This document shows, in pieces, positions 22,396-35,913 of a DNA stretch of 35,913 nt. The DNA is taken from the NCBI GenBank assembly GCA_001929475.1, contig LXFE01001511.1, positions 1 to 35,913 of the forward strand, given 5' to 3'. Numbering within the stretch: the stretch's first letter is position 1; every line of letters begins with the position of its first letter. This stretch comes from Neolecta irregularis DAH-3. Taxonomy: Eukaryota. The notes beneath the pieces were generated by a model. It ran no database searches, was not told where the DNA came from, and was given only the letters and a program-made list of their open reading frames with translations. The position numbers and the translations under genes are program-made.

Positions 22396-23083
22396 TGACG
22401 AAAGTGAAACAGAGGGCACGGAAATCATGTCCTTTATATTGCCGTTGCAGAACGAAAAGCTATGTTTCAGATATCAGGTGAGCAAAAAGGAAACATCAAA
22501 GGGAACGAATGAACAAAGGGAATACTGCTTTGAGTGCCACAGGGGGAAATCAAGAAAAAAAAGACTTCGTCACTGGAAAGTCTGTGCGCAAATGCATGGA
22601 TCGCTTTGACTGAATGGTGCGAGTTTAGCAATCACACTACCGTGGCTCGTCCGTAAGTAAAATAGTTCGAAAAGTAACATTATTTCAGCCATCTGGCATA
22701 TCAGAGAGAATTATATCTTTCACAAATCGTCAGCAAGGGTTTGTTACGTACAGTATATGAACATTCTTCTCCTTTAATCTAGAGATTGAATCATCTCACG
22801 CCAATCGCCATCTGATGACGACGGCCAGTTTCTTATCTAAAATTACTATTTCGAAATAATGCTTTTCACAGAATTCTAGTAGCACAATGAAAGAGAAAAA
22901 GAACCCTACAGCCTTACTACACAAGGATCAAAATGGTTAATTCCCCATTTTGCTGCATTTTCTTTTCTTTGGCTGTGTTCTTTTTCTTTGGCTGTTTTCT
23001 TCTTTTGCTGAAACATTCCTTCGGCAAACGTTAAACATCCGTCTCAGATGGAAAGACCTTCATCTGAGCTGGAGTTGAATATA

Positions 23084-23557
23084 TGGATAAGAAATAAACA
23101 GGAAAGCCCGAAGCGAGTATCGCATGGAGGTTTGGGTGACCCACTAAGGGCCTGAGTGTCAGCACGCTACTTGGATTTGGTGCTGGGTGAGACTCGGGTT
23201 GGTTACTCTGACTTAGTTACTTAGATAAGAAGTAACTGAGTATATTGAGTATCACGTTGAAGCCTGCCCTGCTAGCCAGGGTAGGCGCTACTTAAATACA
23301 AATCCGCTCATCTGCACAATACCGTCATTTGTCTCTTGCCTCACAATGACGTCCTTGGCAGCTAGTCTGATGACTGCCCGGATGGCCAAGGAGATGACGC
23401 TGGCGACTTCCTCTGATCGCTCCTGCAGTTACCCCCAAAGCTCGGGTGGTAACTGTGGCGGCTTGGTGAGTCGCGTTGATATGGCGATTCGCGTTAGTAT
23501 GGGGATTGGGGACGCTCTAAGTCCCCACACTGAGGATCCACCTTTATGAGTTTCACA
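23084..23557 (-). mobile_element. Solo LTR (474 bp) with 5-bp TSD ATATA
   Basis: Begins TG (23084) and ends CA (23557), flanked by ATATA at 23079-23083 and 23558-23562. The minus strand starts TGTGAAAC and contains TATTTAAG and AATATA motifs; GC content is higher than in the flanks. Confidence 0.65.
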
Positions 23558-24165
23558 ATATAGGTAGTAGTAGCTCTATATAGACCATCCACAGAACAAA
23601 CATCTTGCATTTTTAATTATGAAGGACTGCATATGGGTGAATTGAGAAAAGAGAATGATCAAGCAAAGTGATGGCAACGACAAGAGAGAAGCTTGAGGGA
23701 GGAGGGGACCGTCAGTATCACTCCGTCCAAAATGAGAGTGAAATAGACGCGAGAGTCTTTCGTACTCCTGCTACATGAATATCGGAATGAATTTGAAAGT
23801 AGCTATTGCATTTATTTCAGATTCAATAAGCTTTGGAGGGATTGATCATAATATTTAACTACACATACTTACCAGTTATGTAATATCGGCGTAATAATAA
23901 GAGGAGAATTATCTTTATGGAGGAAGTTGGATTTTTAAGGTTCGCATAGGGAATTCAGGGACGTAGCAAAAGTAATTCAGACAATCAGTATAGATATCTC
24001 TGCTATCAGAAAATTATACCTGTGATCCGATCAATATATCACAGTCTGAATTATCGATTGATTCTTCGTAGTCTTTCTTCAGTGTTCTGCAGCCCCTACC
24101 CGGACGCAGTTCCACAATGTCTCATATTGAAGTATATTTACTTCATTCTATCTTTCATCGTAAAT

Positions 24166-25522
24166 ATGCTTGTACAATTTCTGTTCTTCCCCCTGGCTGC
24201 GTCGCTCCTGGAGCTGTATGAGCTCAGATACAACGATTTTATCACTAGGGATTCTGAGAACGTAGAACCTCTTGACGTCGTTTACAGTCGGGGACTAGTT
24301 CTGGGTTTAGTTCAACAACATGCGGACTTTGGAGATTCTGTATCCGCAGAAAATTGTGCTTCGGCGTGCGACACTGTCTCATTCTCTTGCGAAGGATTCG
24401 GTTTACTCAAAGGTTCATCTCTCAGAACTATATGTATTTTATATGCGCTGTCAGAAGACTTGGAAGTGGTAGTATCCAAAATCAAATCCAAGAAGGCCTC
24501 ACAGACGTTGGTCGGAAAAGACCCAAGGGATGAAATTTATCTTTATTGGTAAATGAACCATAGAAATTCATCGACTCACAATTGATAGGCGAAGGGCATC
24601 GCGGCTGAATTTTCCTGCAAAACTGAAAGTCTTTACCAAATACATAAGTCCTAACAAAAACGACAATCACTACCGAAAACATATTCGCGAACTAGCTCAA
24701 AGATATGGATGGGTCAACCCTGTATCGATGGCAAAAGTCCCTGCTGTAAGATATTGTTTAGGGAACTCTGCAGTACGTTTTCTGGATGTCATTGTGGAGA
24801 AGGATGTTGCAAAGATATATAGAACGAACAAATGGATACCTGTAATCCAAAACACGGAAAAGGTTCAACCTGTCATGGTAGATGCCCACCTAAATCTTCG
24901 AAAACTCTGGCAAGAATTTCAAGAATTCAGGCATAGTGAGGTTATCCGCTCAGAGAATCTTAATCTCATAATCGTCTTCCTTGCAGTCCTCCTAAACAAT
25001 CCCTACTCGAATCGGATTGGCCTTTGGGAAATTAATCAAGATCCTTGGGAGGCAATGTTTCCATCTGAAGACCCGATATATATGTCATGGATGCAGTCAG
25101 AGCGTAAGGTTCAGCTACTTAAATCGGGCCGTTTTGCTATCCGGGAAATTTCACGACCTTTGGATCGCCCGCCGATTCTTTCCCTTTACCTTTCGCAATC
25201 TCAAAATTTTGTCAGAGATAAGTTTGAAGTAGTCGATGTTTTGAAGAAAACTTTTGAATACGATGACTTAGATGACAACGCTGCTCCTTCGATGCTCCCT
25301 GATCTTGATAAAGCGGAAGACCTTGTGCTCGCATTCTACAATATAGTTCAGGGTACGGAGTTGGAAAGACAGGAGAACTGGGATCCGAATTTAATCCAGA
25401 TTCTCATCGATTACCTTCACACAGTCATGTTGTTGAATTTTGGCGGGAACCAAGAATCTTGGGTTGGGTTTAAACGAATGAATCATGAAACCATGTTTAC
25501 GGACGTTGAATTCGGGTTCTAA
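24166..25522 (+). CDS. Orphan secreted protein (438 aa) with a PAN/apple-like cysteine motif, 2 exons
   Basis: ATG at 24166 with signal-like MLVQFLFFPLAAS. A 40-nt GT-AG intron (24549-24588) joins the two ORFs in frame (1317 nt total). Motif CASAC-x6-C-x14-CILY. Confidence 0.7.
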
Positions 25523-26327
25523 TCATACCACGATTTGATAACTCTAGTGTTGAAAGTGCTTCAAGTTACATTGATGAATATCCAGCTGTCAGGGATGCTG
25601 AGCCAGTTAGTTGAATACTCATATACAACGTTTGTTATAATGATTCACTTTAATGATTCATACTAACGTTACGATATCAGGTATGTGACTAAAGAGGTGG
25701 ATGAATGAGTGTCTGTAATTTCTATTACAAAAACATTTCTCTTGGGTCCAGACTACTTTCTTAGCTTCAAAAATCGACTTTCCATTCATATTCCACCTTG
25801 CTTAGACTTGAAACAAGCCTACTCCCATAGGATAATCGGGCCATCCGTTCTCATACAACCCTTTTACGGGTACGAAAGATTAGTAAAGATCGTGAATAAG
25901 GCCGGTGAAGGACATATATTGTGCCCATCTTATATCTTTTGTTATAGTTTGAGAAAAATGTGTGAGATTCAGATTTATGGACAGCAGGCAGATTCTACGA
26001 AAGCTCATTGGATAGTACTCGCGAACAGGATACAGAATAATAATTAATTTCTAGAAGACCTGGATGCATCAGTTACCCACTGAAAACATTGAGGAATAGA
26101 GTGTTACAAAATATGGTTCCGTGTTATTGTAGTATACTTCACCAATATGCAGCTGCAACACCTTGCTCGGTTTAAGGGATTATACTTTCAGAGGTTTGTA
26201 TAACCGGTAAAATTTCACAATCGAACAACAGTTGCATATAATAATATCTCTAGTAAATGATAACTTGTTGCCACGAGTCTAAGTCTTAAGTAGCTTGACT
26301 CGGTTGCTCAGGGCAGTCTGCAAATCT

Positions 26328-28465
26328 TTATGTTCTTAAAAAACCAGCCTTTACTCCTCCAAAAGGTCTCTGCAACTTATTCTCTCCAGAAAGAACTGAA
26401 AATTGCGCGGTTTGTACTTCAGAACTCGTTTGTTCGGTTACATTCAACCCAAAGTATGTAGCAACTGAGGAATCATACCCGATTTCAAGTTCAACTGATG
26501 TATTAGTCGCTGGACATGAAATAGAAATATTTACAGTAGCCCCTTTGCACTAGTTCTGCCCATTTTAAATGTTCGTTACTGTTGGTATTAATAATCTTTT
26601 GAGTTGCAAAGTTGAGTAAAAGATCTGATGCACCAGGGACGATCGGGGGAGATGAAACGGCTGAGACGAATGAGATGTGGATAAAGTGTTTGGAAGTATA
26701 CCTGTTCCTGCAAATTCAACACCAATAGCACCCTCTCCTGTCGATGAATCATAGTCGCTGTTATTTGACCAAGTGAGTTCTGAGACCCAATTTGCGTGCG
26801 AATCTCCAGATAAGATTATTGTATTGTTGATTTTAGCTGGTGTCAGCTTTGGTTCCGCTTTTATTGTACCATCATATAAAGTTTTTAAAACCCTATCTCG
26901 GTTCGATCGATACCCACTCTAGCAAGGTTAATATGGAGCCATTGCCAAGACAAGTATATACCCATCCATCAAAGTCGAAAGTATAGTTCTGATATCCTAC
27001 CTCGGTAATATTGATTTCCGCGAAAACAATCTGTTGAGCGACGACTTTCCAAGTAGCATTACTCATCATTAAACCATCATAAAACCATTCTTCTTGCCGT
27101 TGGCCCATGAGAGTACGGCTTTGGTCGTCCGCAATTGCCGCAATAAATTCGGTGTTGTCATAAGTATCAGTGATCTCTCGGGCGTAATGTCGGGTATCAA
27201 GAAAGAAAATATCAACGAGATCTCCTATCTGGAGTGTTCTCCAAATGCGCAGTGTGTCAGTTAAAGACACTTGACGGACGGGAAGATATTCGTAGAATGC
27301 GCGGACTGCATTGGCTTTTCTTGATGCATAGCTTACTCCGTACTTTGCATATGCGGTAGCGTTCTCTGGATGGTTAGCTGGAAGAATTAGTCGTTGGACA
27401 GGACATCAACATACCGCTTCCCGCTCTCCAGGAATTGTCGGCGATCTGAAAACGTTAGAATGCCATTGGAGCTGAATATACATCATGATCATCCCATATT
27501 ATGAACCATGGAAACTGTTGATGGGATAACTGAAGGTCGGGATCGGTATGATGTTGAGCTAACCGAGTTCGGTAATCTGATAATGTTGCACATTCTCTAT
27601 TGGGTTCCGGGATTCGACTGATATTCGTTCCATCACCAACTACCGATGAGAAATCAACAGTACTCAACGAGTGATACAGTCCCCATTCTTGTACTCATAT
27701 ATATCTATACTGTTAGACAGAGTGATTGTAGAATCCTACAATCCCCGAGATGTATCACATACTCAACTGAATCTTTTCGAGCGGGATTTCCAAAAGCGTT
27801 GAAGAATCCAGCGGCTGATTATCAGAAGAGATGACAATCTGCTCACGATAGTTGGAACAACTGTAGACTGCGAATTTCAAGTTTTGCGGGACGTGATCAC
27901 CAGTCCTAGGGACTGTTTTAGTTCTAAGAATCAGCACAAATGAATGAAACGGCATGATTACCGGCCAATTGGACTTGTCTGATTCGTATTGCAGACATTG
28001 AATTTGTAGTAGTAAGTAGTGAGGGAACAAAGGTTCCGAGCTTCGACCTATTCACTCAGTTGTGGGATGACTAGAGAGCAGACTTTGACGGTATAGTCAA
28101 CCTCGAATGAAGTTAAAACATGACCGCTGTCTGCTATTCGAGAGGGGTTGTGTTCAGGAAAGATGCTCCATTCCACACAAATTGTTTCGGTTGTTTCTGT
28201 GGCCGGAGTCACTTTTGTCCAAAGAATTACTGCGTCGGGTAGCCTAAAGGATAAGGCTTCAATAAGAGGTAACATATTACGGATCTCCACTAGCTACGCC
28301 GTGTTTGAACTCTACACTCCCCTTGAAACTCACCAGATCTCGCTTGGACAGATGTCGGTACTCGATGCTAAACTGCGGATGCCGCTTAGAAGGGGATAGG
28401 TAGTTCAAGTTGTTTAACCAGGAGGCATAGACGACCGGCAATACCAGAAAAAGCGACGCCTTCAT
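26328..28465 (-). CDS. Secreted PhoD-family alkaline phosphatase, multi-exon
   Basis: Signal peptide, FKHGVASGDP, VDYTVK, SCSNY, YRTRLAQHHTDPDL, WDDHD, LDTRHY, GDSHANW and GVEFAG; ends GFLRT* at 26328. Confidence 0.92.
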
Positions 28466-28998
28466 CACCTCAAGGATGAATTTTGTGATATTTAGGGGTT
28501 ACTATATATAATGGCCTTATATGTCTGAGGGCGCCTGCTGATCATTCATCTCGCAGATATTTAAATAGCAGTCGGGATCACGCGTTACCGCAGGTGGAGA
28601 AGACTTGCGAACAAGTAAGCAGGTCTGGAGAAGCACAAGGATGCTGCGATGCACTTTCCGTTTCTCTTCAAAGACCTTCAGACGAGAGAAACGATTGCAG
28701 TTCTCTGTGCGAACAGTCTCAAGTTGTCGAGTTTGCCTATCCAACTTTAGCTTTGCACACTCCGGAAAAATACCGCCATTCCACAAATCAGGCATAGACA
28801 TAGCACGCAGTTTTTCCAGCGATCCGCTTTAATGAAATACGAAAATTCATCCATTCCACAAATCATCATTTTTATTGGTATGTAACAAACCCGACATGTC
28901 CTGCTTGTGTGCAGGCACATTCCGGGATTCTCCGACGCCGAGAATTGGTGGCTGTGGTTATCGCGAAAAGTTTTGATCGATTTTGTGCGCAATAACAA

Positions 28999-31761
28999 AT
29001 GTTCCGACCATCCGCGAAATCTACCTACGCATGTTTGCGCTGTCAAATTCGACAGAGAACTAAAAGTGCGATGCAACCGGCGACCATTGATGGTGTTTCT
29101 TTCCGTAATGCTCTGCGGCAAGCCATATCGCTTGAACCGAAAAACAGTCAGCAAGTATATCAAACAACACCCCAGCCAGACCCGTTTGGTCGGACATTGA
29201 GACAATCAGCACAAGGTATTATTCTCGACAATACGTTTGCTCTTTCTCAACCTTGTAATGGTGACACCGCTAAAGACGCGCCCTTTGCTCTTGGGGCAGG
29301 ATCGACCGAAAATCATTCGGCTCGCAGGCAGGTAGCCTTCCGAGAAAAACTTGCTCAATCGTTAAAAACGACTATTGGGATTTCAGAGGAGTGGTGCTCT
29401 GTGCCATTTCCTGATGTCGGCGAAGTAAGTGAAGAATCCGCTGTCCTAGAGATTAAACCCGGTGACCTGGTTGAAATAAGGAGGGGGTATCTATTTCCCA
29501 CGGCCCTGTGATGATTGACTGCTAGCAATGGAGTGGCAGTATTAGCAATTCGAATCCCTTTTACAAAGGTCACAGACATGAACATCAAGGCATATTTGAC
29601 AACTCGGGCAAAGACAATCTATCAGACGGATTGGGCAGTAAGTTTTCGGATACCTGGGTTTGTCTCCCCAGAAATAGCAGAGAAACTTGGTACAGATGAT
29701 TGTGTTCCTTTGACCAACCCTTATCTCTCTCGCGTCGTTCATCCACTGCGCAAGTTTGATACAGAGTCATGGGAGTTTGCATCTACAAAGATCGGAGCCG
29801 TCGAATCTGTTCATGATCAACTAACTGCAAAGAAAATTACCACCCTCGAGATGGCAGAAACGTTATTCGGAAAAGATCCATCTCCACAAATGATTTATGC
29901 TACACATCTTCTTCTGATGCGGGATCGGAAACGATTTGTTGCTGACCCAACCAAAATGAGACAGAGCATGACATTTGATGTCAGACCTTCTAAACGAGTC
30001 GTCAATATGGAGAAGGTTACAATGTGGATTAGAGAAATGACTTCCGAGGTGACATCGTTCATTGTGAAGGCGAATCGAGTTGTAAAGAATCGAAAATCAG
30101 AGAAATGGTGTGAAGAAGACAAGCTCATAATTGAGTATTTCAAAGCTTATATTCTCGAACGTAAACAACTTCAGACGAGTCTTTTCCAATCTTACGTTCC
30201 TTCAATTCTCCGCAGGATAGATGACTATCAATCCAAATTCCTTGATCGAGGAATGGCATTCCAATTCCTCAAGGATATTGGAATATTTTCCAACTACGAG
30301 AACCATGACCTTCAAGATCCTAAAGTTAATATTTACCCATTCTCTGGAGAGATTGGAAAATTGTTTGATACAATAACTCACCGGGAGACTATTCGAAGAA
30401 GAGTATATATAATCGATGCACCCGATGCGAAAGAACTGGATGATGCAATTTCATATGAGAATGTAGAAGGAAAAGAATGGATACATATCCATATTGCAAA
30501 TCCAACTGCTTACATGCCCCAAAATTCTCCAGTTGCTCTTGACGCTAGAAATCGGGCTTCGACGATATATTTGCCGGAAATCACGGTTCCAATGTTACCA
30601 GAAGAAATTGCAACGGGGATCTTCAGCCTTCAAAAGGGTTCTCCAGTGTTAACTTTCTCCGCTCGGATTAATAATGACGGCGAGGTTATCGATTACAAAA
30701 TATCCCACGGGGTTTTGCAGAATGTAAAGCAAATTACTTATGACCAACTCGATCACCTTCTTGCTGGATTGAAACCTGCAGAGCAGTATGAATGGTTTGT
30801 TGGCTCTAAGAAACCTTCGAAAGTCCACTTTCAGCCCGCTGTTCTTGAGAAGGGTGAAATCGAGACGCTCAAAGCCATTCAGAAATTTGCTCAAAGGATC
30901 CTTGAGCGAAGAATCAGGGATGGATTTGTCTCATTTGACAACCCGGCATACATCGTCAGCGTATCACCGAATCCATTATACCCCACACATCATGATTCTA
31001 CCATCTCGAAATTCTCACAGAATGAACCGGTTGTTAGTCTGAAGGTTGCTCATGAATGCGGACTTTCGCGGCCAGCTGGCATCCTCGTTTCGGAATTAAT
31101 GATCCTTGGAGGTCAGATTGTGGCAAGATATTGCAATCAGTACAATATACCAAACGCTTATCGTACACAGGGTTTGTCTCAAGAACCTGAATTCATGACT
31201 GAATATCACAATGCTCTTCGCAAACGAAACTCAGTGGGATTGGTACCAACTGAATTTGCTCTTCCATTGATGAAATATTTAAAACCAGTAATGTTGAGTC
31301 TCAAGTCGGGTCGTCACGAAATGCTCGCAATCGACTGTTATACGAAAGCGACAAGTCCGCTTCGTCGATTCGGCGATATGGTGGTTCACTATCAGTTGGA
31401 CGCTCATCTCTCTAACCAAATACTACCCTTCACCACGGAACAAATTCAAAAAGAAATGAATCCTTTAGCGTGGCGCGAAAGCGCTGTAAATAATCTTTCG
31501 AGAATGGGCAATAAGCATTGGATATGCCAATTACTAAATCGTCTCTCTGGCTTAAAAGATTTCACGTTTGAGGGAATGATTTATATAAGCAACACCGCGG
31601 ATGTCCCAGTCCCCTGTTTGGCGAAGGAACTGGGAACCAGAGTCGAAGTATCGGGAATTCCGCTGGCGGACAAGCATCTTGGAAGGCGGCTCAAATTTCG
31701 AATTCAGGATGTAGACCTGTTCCAGCACAGTATTCATGGAGAGTTTATTGTGTTCATTTAG
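28999..31761 (+). CDS. DSS1: Mitochondrial RNase II/RNB-family exoribonuclease (Dss1/Cyt-4-like), 2 exons
   Basis: Presequence-like N-terminus, IDAPDAKELDDAIS, HIHIANP, TIYLPE and YTKATSPLRRFGD. One intron near 29487-29525. Confidence 0.88.
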
Positions 31762-32105
31762 AGGTGTATTGAGTTTATCAATTTGGGATAACCAGCATCC
31801 CGGGCTTGGATATAGATCGTAATGTACAGTGGTGTAGTGGCTGGAATATTTATATACTATATAGCGCTCATTCACTCGGAAATTCTGTTTCCCCCTTGCT
31901 TTGCTGTCACAAGCACAGATATACAGGTATTCATTGCAGTATCTGCGAGACAGGTGCGGAAATTACGGAGGAGCGGACAGAAAAAGTCGAGTCGCACATA
32001 CTCAAGCGGGCACCTGCCTATTCCGTAAAGTATCACCGACTCATCGTTCGTCTATAAAATACCAACTTTGGCTTCCATTGCCATTTATCCAGCCGGTAAT
32101 CATAG

Positions 32106-35100
32106 ATGAAAGGCCTTCTTTCAGCACTGGCATCGGGTGCTACGGCCTCCCCCATTCATATTATTGCATTTTATACCCTTTTGGCAAGTGCCGCCTATTT
32201 TCATCTTCTCGATCTTGCAAAGGACTATGCCGGCCAGAGTGCAGAACACCAGGACCTGGTCATGACCTGGCGTCGTGGAACCGTTGAGAAAGGCGATATT
32301 GAGGTATGTTTTCAGGTTTTCCGTGGATCTTTGGAAATTGGGATTAATATTCCCCCTGGCTTTCACCTTTTCCTTCCCGCACCCAAGACCCGATTGGTTG
32401 GCGTCATCGTAATACTATCCGGCTAGGAGACTCTAAAGAACCCTCAGTTGATAGTCTTTCATCAGGATGGTCATCTTCTCTACCGTCGATATATTATTTT
32501 TGAATTGTTTGCTAACCATCGCAGTCTCTGTTGCCGCATATATCTCTCGCAGTTTTCGATCTTCCATCCGGTCACTCTTACCTCCCTTTGGTTCTCGATA
32601 CTCTCCAGCCACAGTGCTACACCCCGAACAATTCCTTTTCCTGTATATCGCTTCCTATCCCCCCCGGAAAGTATGGAATACTACTCGAAGTACCAGAGCT
32701 TGATACCCTTGCGCTACAAACAAATGGAATTGAAGTGAATCATCCCAGCAAAGATCCAGTTTCGTTGATTTGGATGGTGAATTCAATAAGCCAGTTGGCC
32801 GAAAAAACCCGAAATCTCATTCACGTATGTCTGTTTCTATAGCGAGTCTGATTTTAGAACGCCGAACGGGCAGACATCGCGATTATGGCTGTCGCATATA
32901 TCTCAATGTATCTTACTTTCGTCTCACTATTTCTCAACATGCGAAACCTGAACTCTCGATTCTGGCTGGGCACGACTATTTTAATTTCAAGTACATTTGC
33001 ATTCCTATTTGCTCTTGTGACAACTCACCATACCGGAATTATAATTGACCCTATCGTACTAACTGAGGGACTACCGTTTCTGGTCGTTACAGTAGGCTTC
33101 GATAAGCCCTTTGCCTTAACGAAGGCGGTGCTAAATGGAAACACTGGAAACATCAAAACCGACGTCATTGAAGCTGTAAAATCAAAGGGTCTTGTCATTC
33201 TTCGAGATTACGCAGTAGAAACAGGGATCCTTGTTCTTGGTGCACTTAGTGGGGTTTCCGGACTTCGTCATTTCTGCGCTTTAGCTGCCTGGATTTTAGT
33301 GTGGGATTGTCTCCTCTTGTTTACCTTCTACACTGCCGTTCTTGCTATTAAACTTGAAGTATCACATCTCTCTAGATTTACACTGATAACAAGATCAATC
33401 GGATCAAATATTATACCAACATCCGAAAAGCCCTTGAAGAAGATGGAATTTCTCACAAAACAGCCGATAAAATCGTAAGCGCACGTCAGGATGATCCTCA
33501 ACGAGATGTTGAGTATATGTTTTTCTTTTCTCGTGGTAGAGTTCGTGAGGGAACCGTCACTCGATTCAAGAGTTATATGGTTGCCGGATGGGTGTTTGTC
33601 AATGTCTTTAACCTTCTTCCTACCCGCAGACACTCATTCACAAGCGAACCACTGGACCTTGAAGAAATTATCGAATCAGTTGCACGCTTGTCGGGATTGA
33701 GTGAATTTGTCTTATCCATATTACCTACAGCATGTCTGCGGTTTGGAAGTGATCGACTTGGATTCCTCCATGTATTTCTGGAAAGTTGGACGAGGTCGGT
33801 CGGAGATCCAGTCATTTCTAAATGGATTGTTCTAACTCTTGGAATCAGCGTTGGTTTAAACGCATGGTTGTTCAATGCAGCTAGGTGGCACATTCAAAAA
33901 CCAGTAGTCGAACAGGAAACACCCAGGCATCCCATGTCAAAACTAGTTGTTGGTGCGCCGGAAGAAGTTAGTCCAGATGTCACAGAAAGCCAGCGGACAG
34001 ACGCAGAATGTGAGAAAATGGTCAAGCTCGGAACGTCCCGGGAACTCCTCGACGAAGAACTCGTTCGAATGATGGCAACCGGCATAATTGCAGGGTATTC
34101 TTTGGAAAAAATACTAGGAGATCCAGAACGAGCTGTCCGTATTCGAAGAGCAGTACTATGTATGTTTATATCTAGTTTTTGTTTAACATTCAGCCCGAAA
34201 CTCCACTACCCGCACTCTTGAAACAAGCGAACTTCCATATCGCTATTATGACTACTCCCGTGTGATCGGAGCCTGCTGCGAAAACGTTATCGGTTACATG
34301 CCGATTCCTGTTGGCGTTGCCGGTCCAATGATGATTGATTGTGAGCCGTTTCTTATTCCCATGGCAACGACGGAAGGGTGTCTTGTTGCATCAACAATGA
34401 GAGGTTGCAAAGCCATCAATGCCAGTGGTGGAGCGATTACTGTTCTCATGCAAGATCAGATGACAAGAGGACCGTGTGTTATGTTTCCGTCACTTTCTCG
34501 AGCCGCTGCTGCAAAGTTCTGGCTAGATTCAGATGAGGGCCAGCGGGTTATGCAGAAGGCTTTTGATTCGACATCCCGTTTTGCGCGGCTCAAGAATTTG
34601 AAGACTGCAATCGCGGGCATTCACCTTTATATTCGATTTGCAACTTCCACCGGCGACGCTATGGGCATGAACATGATCTCGAAAGGCGCCGAACATGCTC
34701 TTTCAGTGATGAAAGACAAGGCTGGGTTCAGTGATATGTCCATTGTCTCCATATCAGGCAACTACTGTACTGACAAAAAACCTGCTGCAATCAACTGGAT
34801 TGAGGGACGTGGAAAAAGCGTTGTCGCGGAAGCGTTAATCCCTGGACAAATTATCAAAACCATTCTCAAAAGCTCAGTGGATTCGCTTGTCGAGTTGAAT
34901 ATTGCTAAAAACCTTGTTGGAAGTGCGATGGCAGGAAGTGTCGGCGGATTCAACGCTCATGCCGCAAATATAGTCACAGCTATATTTCTTGCTACTGGAC
35001 AGGGCATGTTCCTTCCCTGCCGCTAAACTGACTGCTAGACCCTGCTCAGAACATTGAATCTTCGAACTGTATCACCCTCATGAGAAAGTATTTCCCCTAT

Positions 35101-35504
35101 CGCTATTGTTATTAACGTTTAGCGTGAATGGAAATCTCCACATCACTGTCTCCATGCCGTCTATTGAGGTCGGTACAATTGGCGGTGGTACTGTTCTTGA
35201 GCCTCAGGGTGCAATGCTTGACTTGCTCGGTATTCGTGGTCCGCATCCCACTTCCCCTGGTCGAAATTCCCAACAACTTGCCAGAATAGTCGCAGCTGCA
35301 GTTCTTGCTGGTGAACTATCATTATGTTCTGCTCTGGCAGCTGGACATCTTGTCAAAAGCCATATGATATTAAATCGTAGTCAAGCGAATACACCATCGC
35401 CAATCAGTTCATCTTCAACTACTGCTCCGGGCCCATTGAACCAAAGTCCAGGCGCGAGGATGACTCCCATTCGATCAATACCGGGCTCTTGTTTGAAAAG
35501 TTAG
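32106..35504 (+). CDS. HMG1: HMG-CoA reductase (class I; HPIH-like N-terminus, sterol-sensing domain, catalytic domain), multi-exon
   Basis: [64 protein letters not shown] and GHLVKSHM. Confidence 0.97.
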
Positions 35505-35791
35505 ATATTTTAGTTGTACATGCTTCTTGCGTTTTGGGGGCGGAGTCGTATCATCCCTGTGATAGATGAGAAAGAGGAGTTAGACTTTTTATTGAGTTTT
35601 CTGTACCCGTAGTCAGAAATGGGAATCCGTAATCTTGACATACTGCAACAGCATCTGGGTTCTTCCCATGAAATTCCAGGGTTGATACCGTTCTCGTCGC
35701 CGATTCGGCTCAGATAGAGAATCATACAGGCAACGAGAGTGGGGGTTAGGCATTCTATGCATTTACGAACTAGTGTGAATACAGACATATA

Positions 35792-35913
35792 CAGTGGAAA
35801 TAGCCAGACTTGCTATTAAGTAAGTAAGTCCAAGTCTGGCCTTTGGGCTTGCTTACTTGCTCATTTTGGCCATTAAGACTTGCTTACTTGTTAATTTACT
35901 TGCTTACTTGATA
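35792..35913. repeat. Third copy of the CAAGT/ACTTG repeat family, running off the window end
   Basis: CAGTGGAAATAGCCAGACTTG, an imperfect inverted repeat AAGTAAGTAAGTCC...GGCTTGCTTACTT, and repeated ACTTGCTTACTTG. Confidence 0.65.

Overview
Intron-rich fungal genomic DNA with compact intergenic spaces and very short introns of about 32-45 nt. The protein sequences and intron style suggest an early-diverging ascomycete (Taphrinomycotina, Neolecta-like); this is inference. Protein genes: two divergent FCY2-type purine-cytosine permeases separated by transposon debris, RPC34, STI1, UGP1, PGS1, a Kre9/Knh1-like secreted protein, an orphan secreted PAN/apple-like protein, a PhoD phosphatase, a DSS1/Cyt-4-like RNB exoribonuclease and HMG-CoA reductase. 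Other features: an intron-containing tRNA-Gln(UUG), a decayed Ty3/gypsy integrase with PPT and LTR, a solo LTR with a 5-bp TSD, and a dispersed CAAGT/ACTTG repeat that occurs at both window ends. The main finding is about 1.4 kb lacking any convincing ORF on the minus strand (~15775 to ~14360) that looks like a telomerase RNA gene. It has an 11-nt template 5'-CUAACCCUAAC-3' enclosed by at least five nested long-range helices, whose G-U wobbles work only on the template-bearing strand, and it ends at a 5' splice site followed by a branch point. GC-AG introns are also unusually frequent. All gene models and RNA pairings were read by eye, and no database searches were run.
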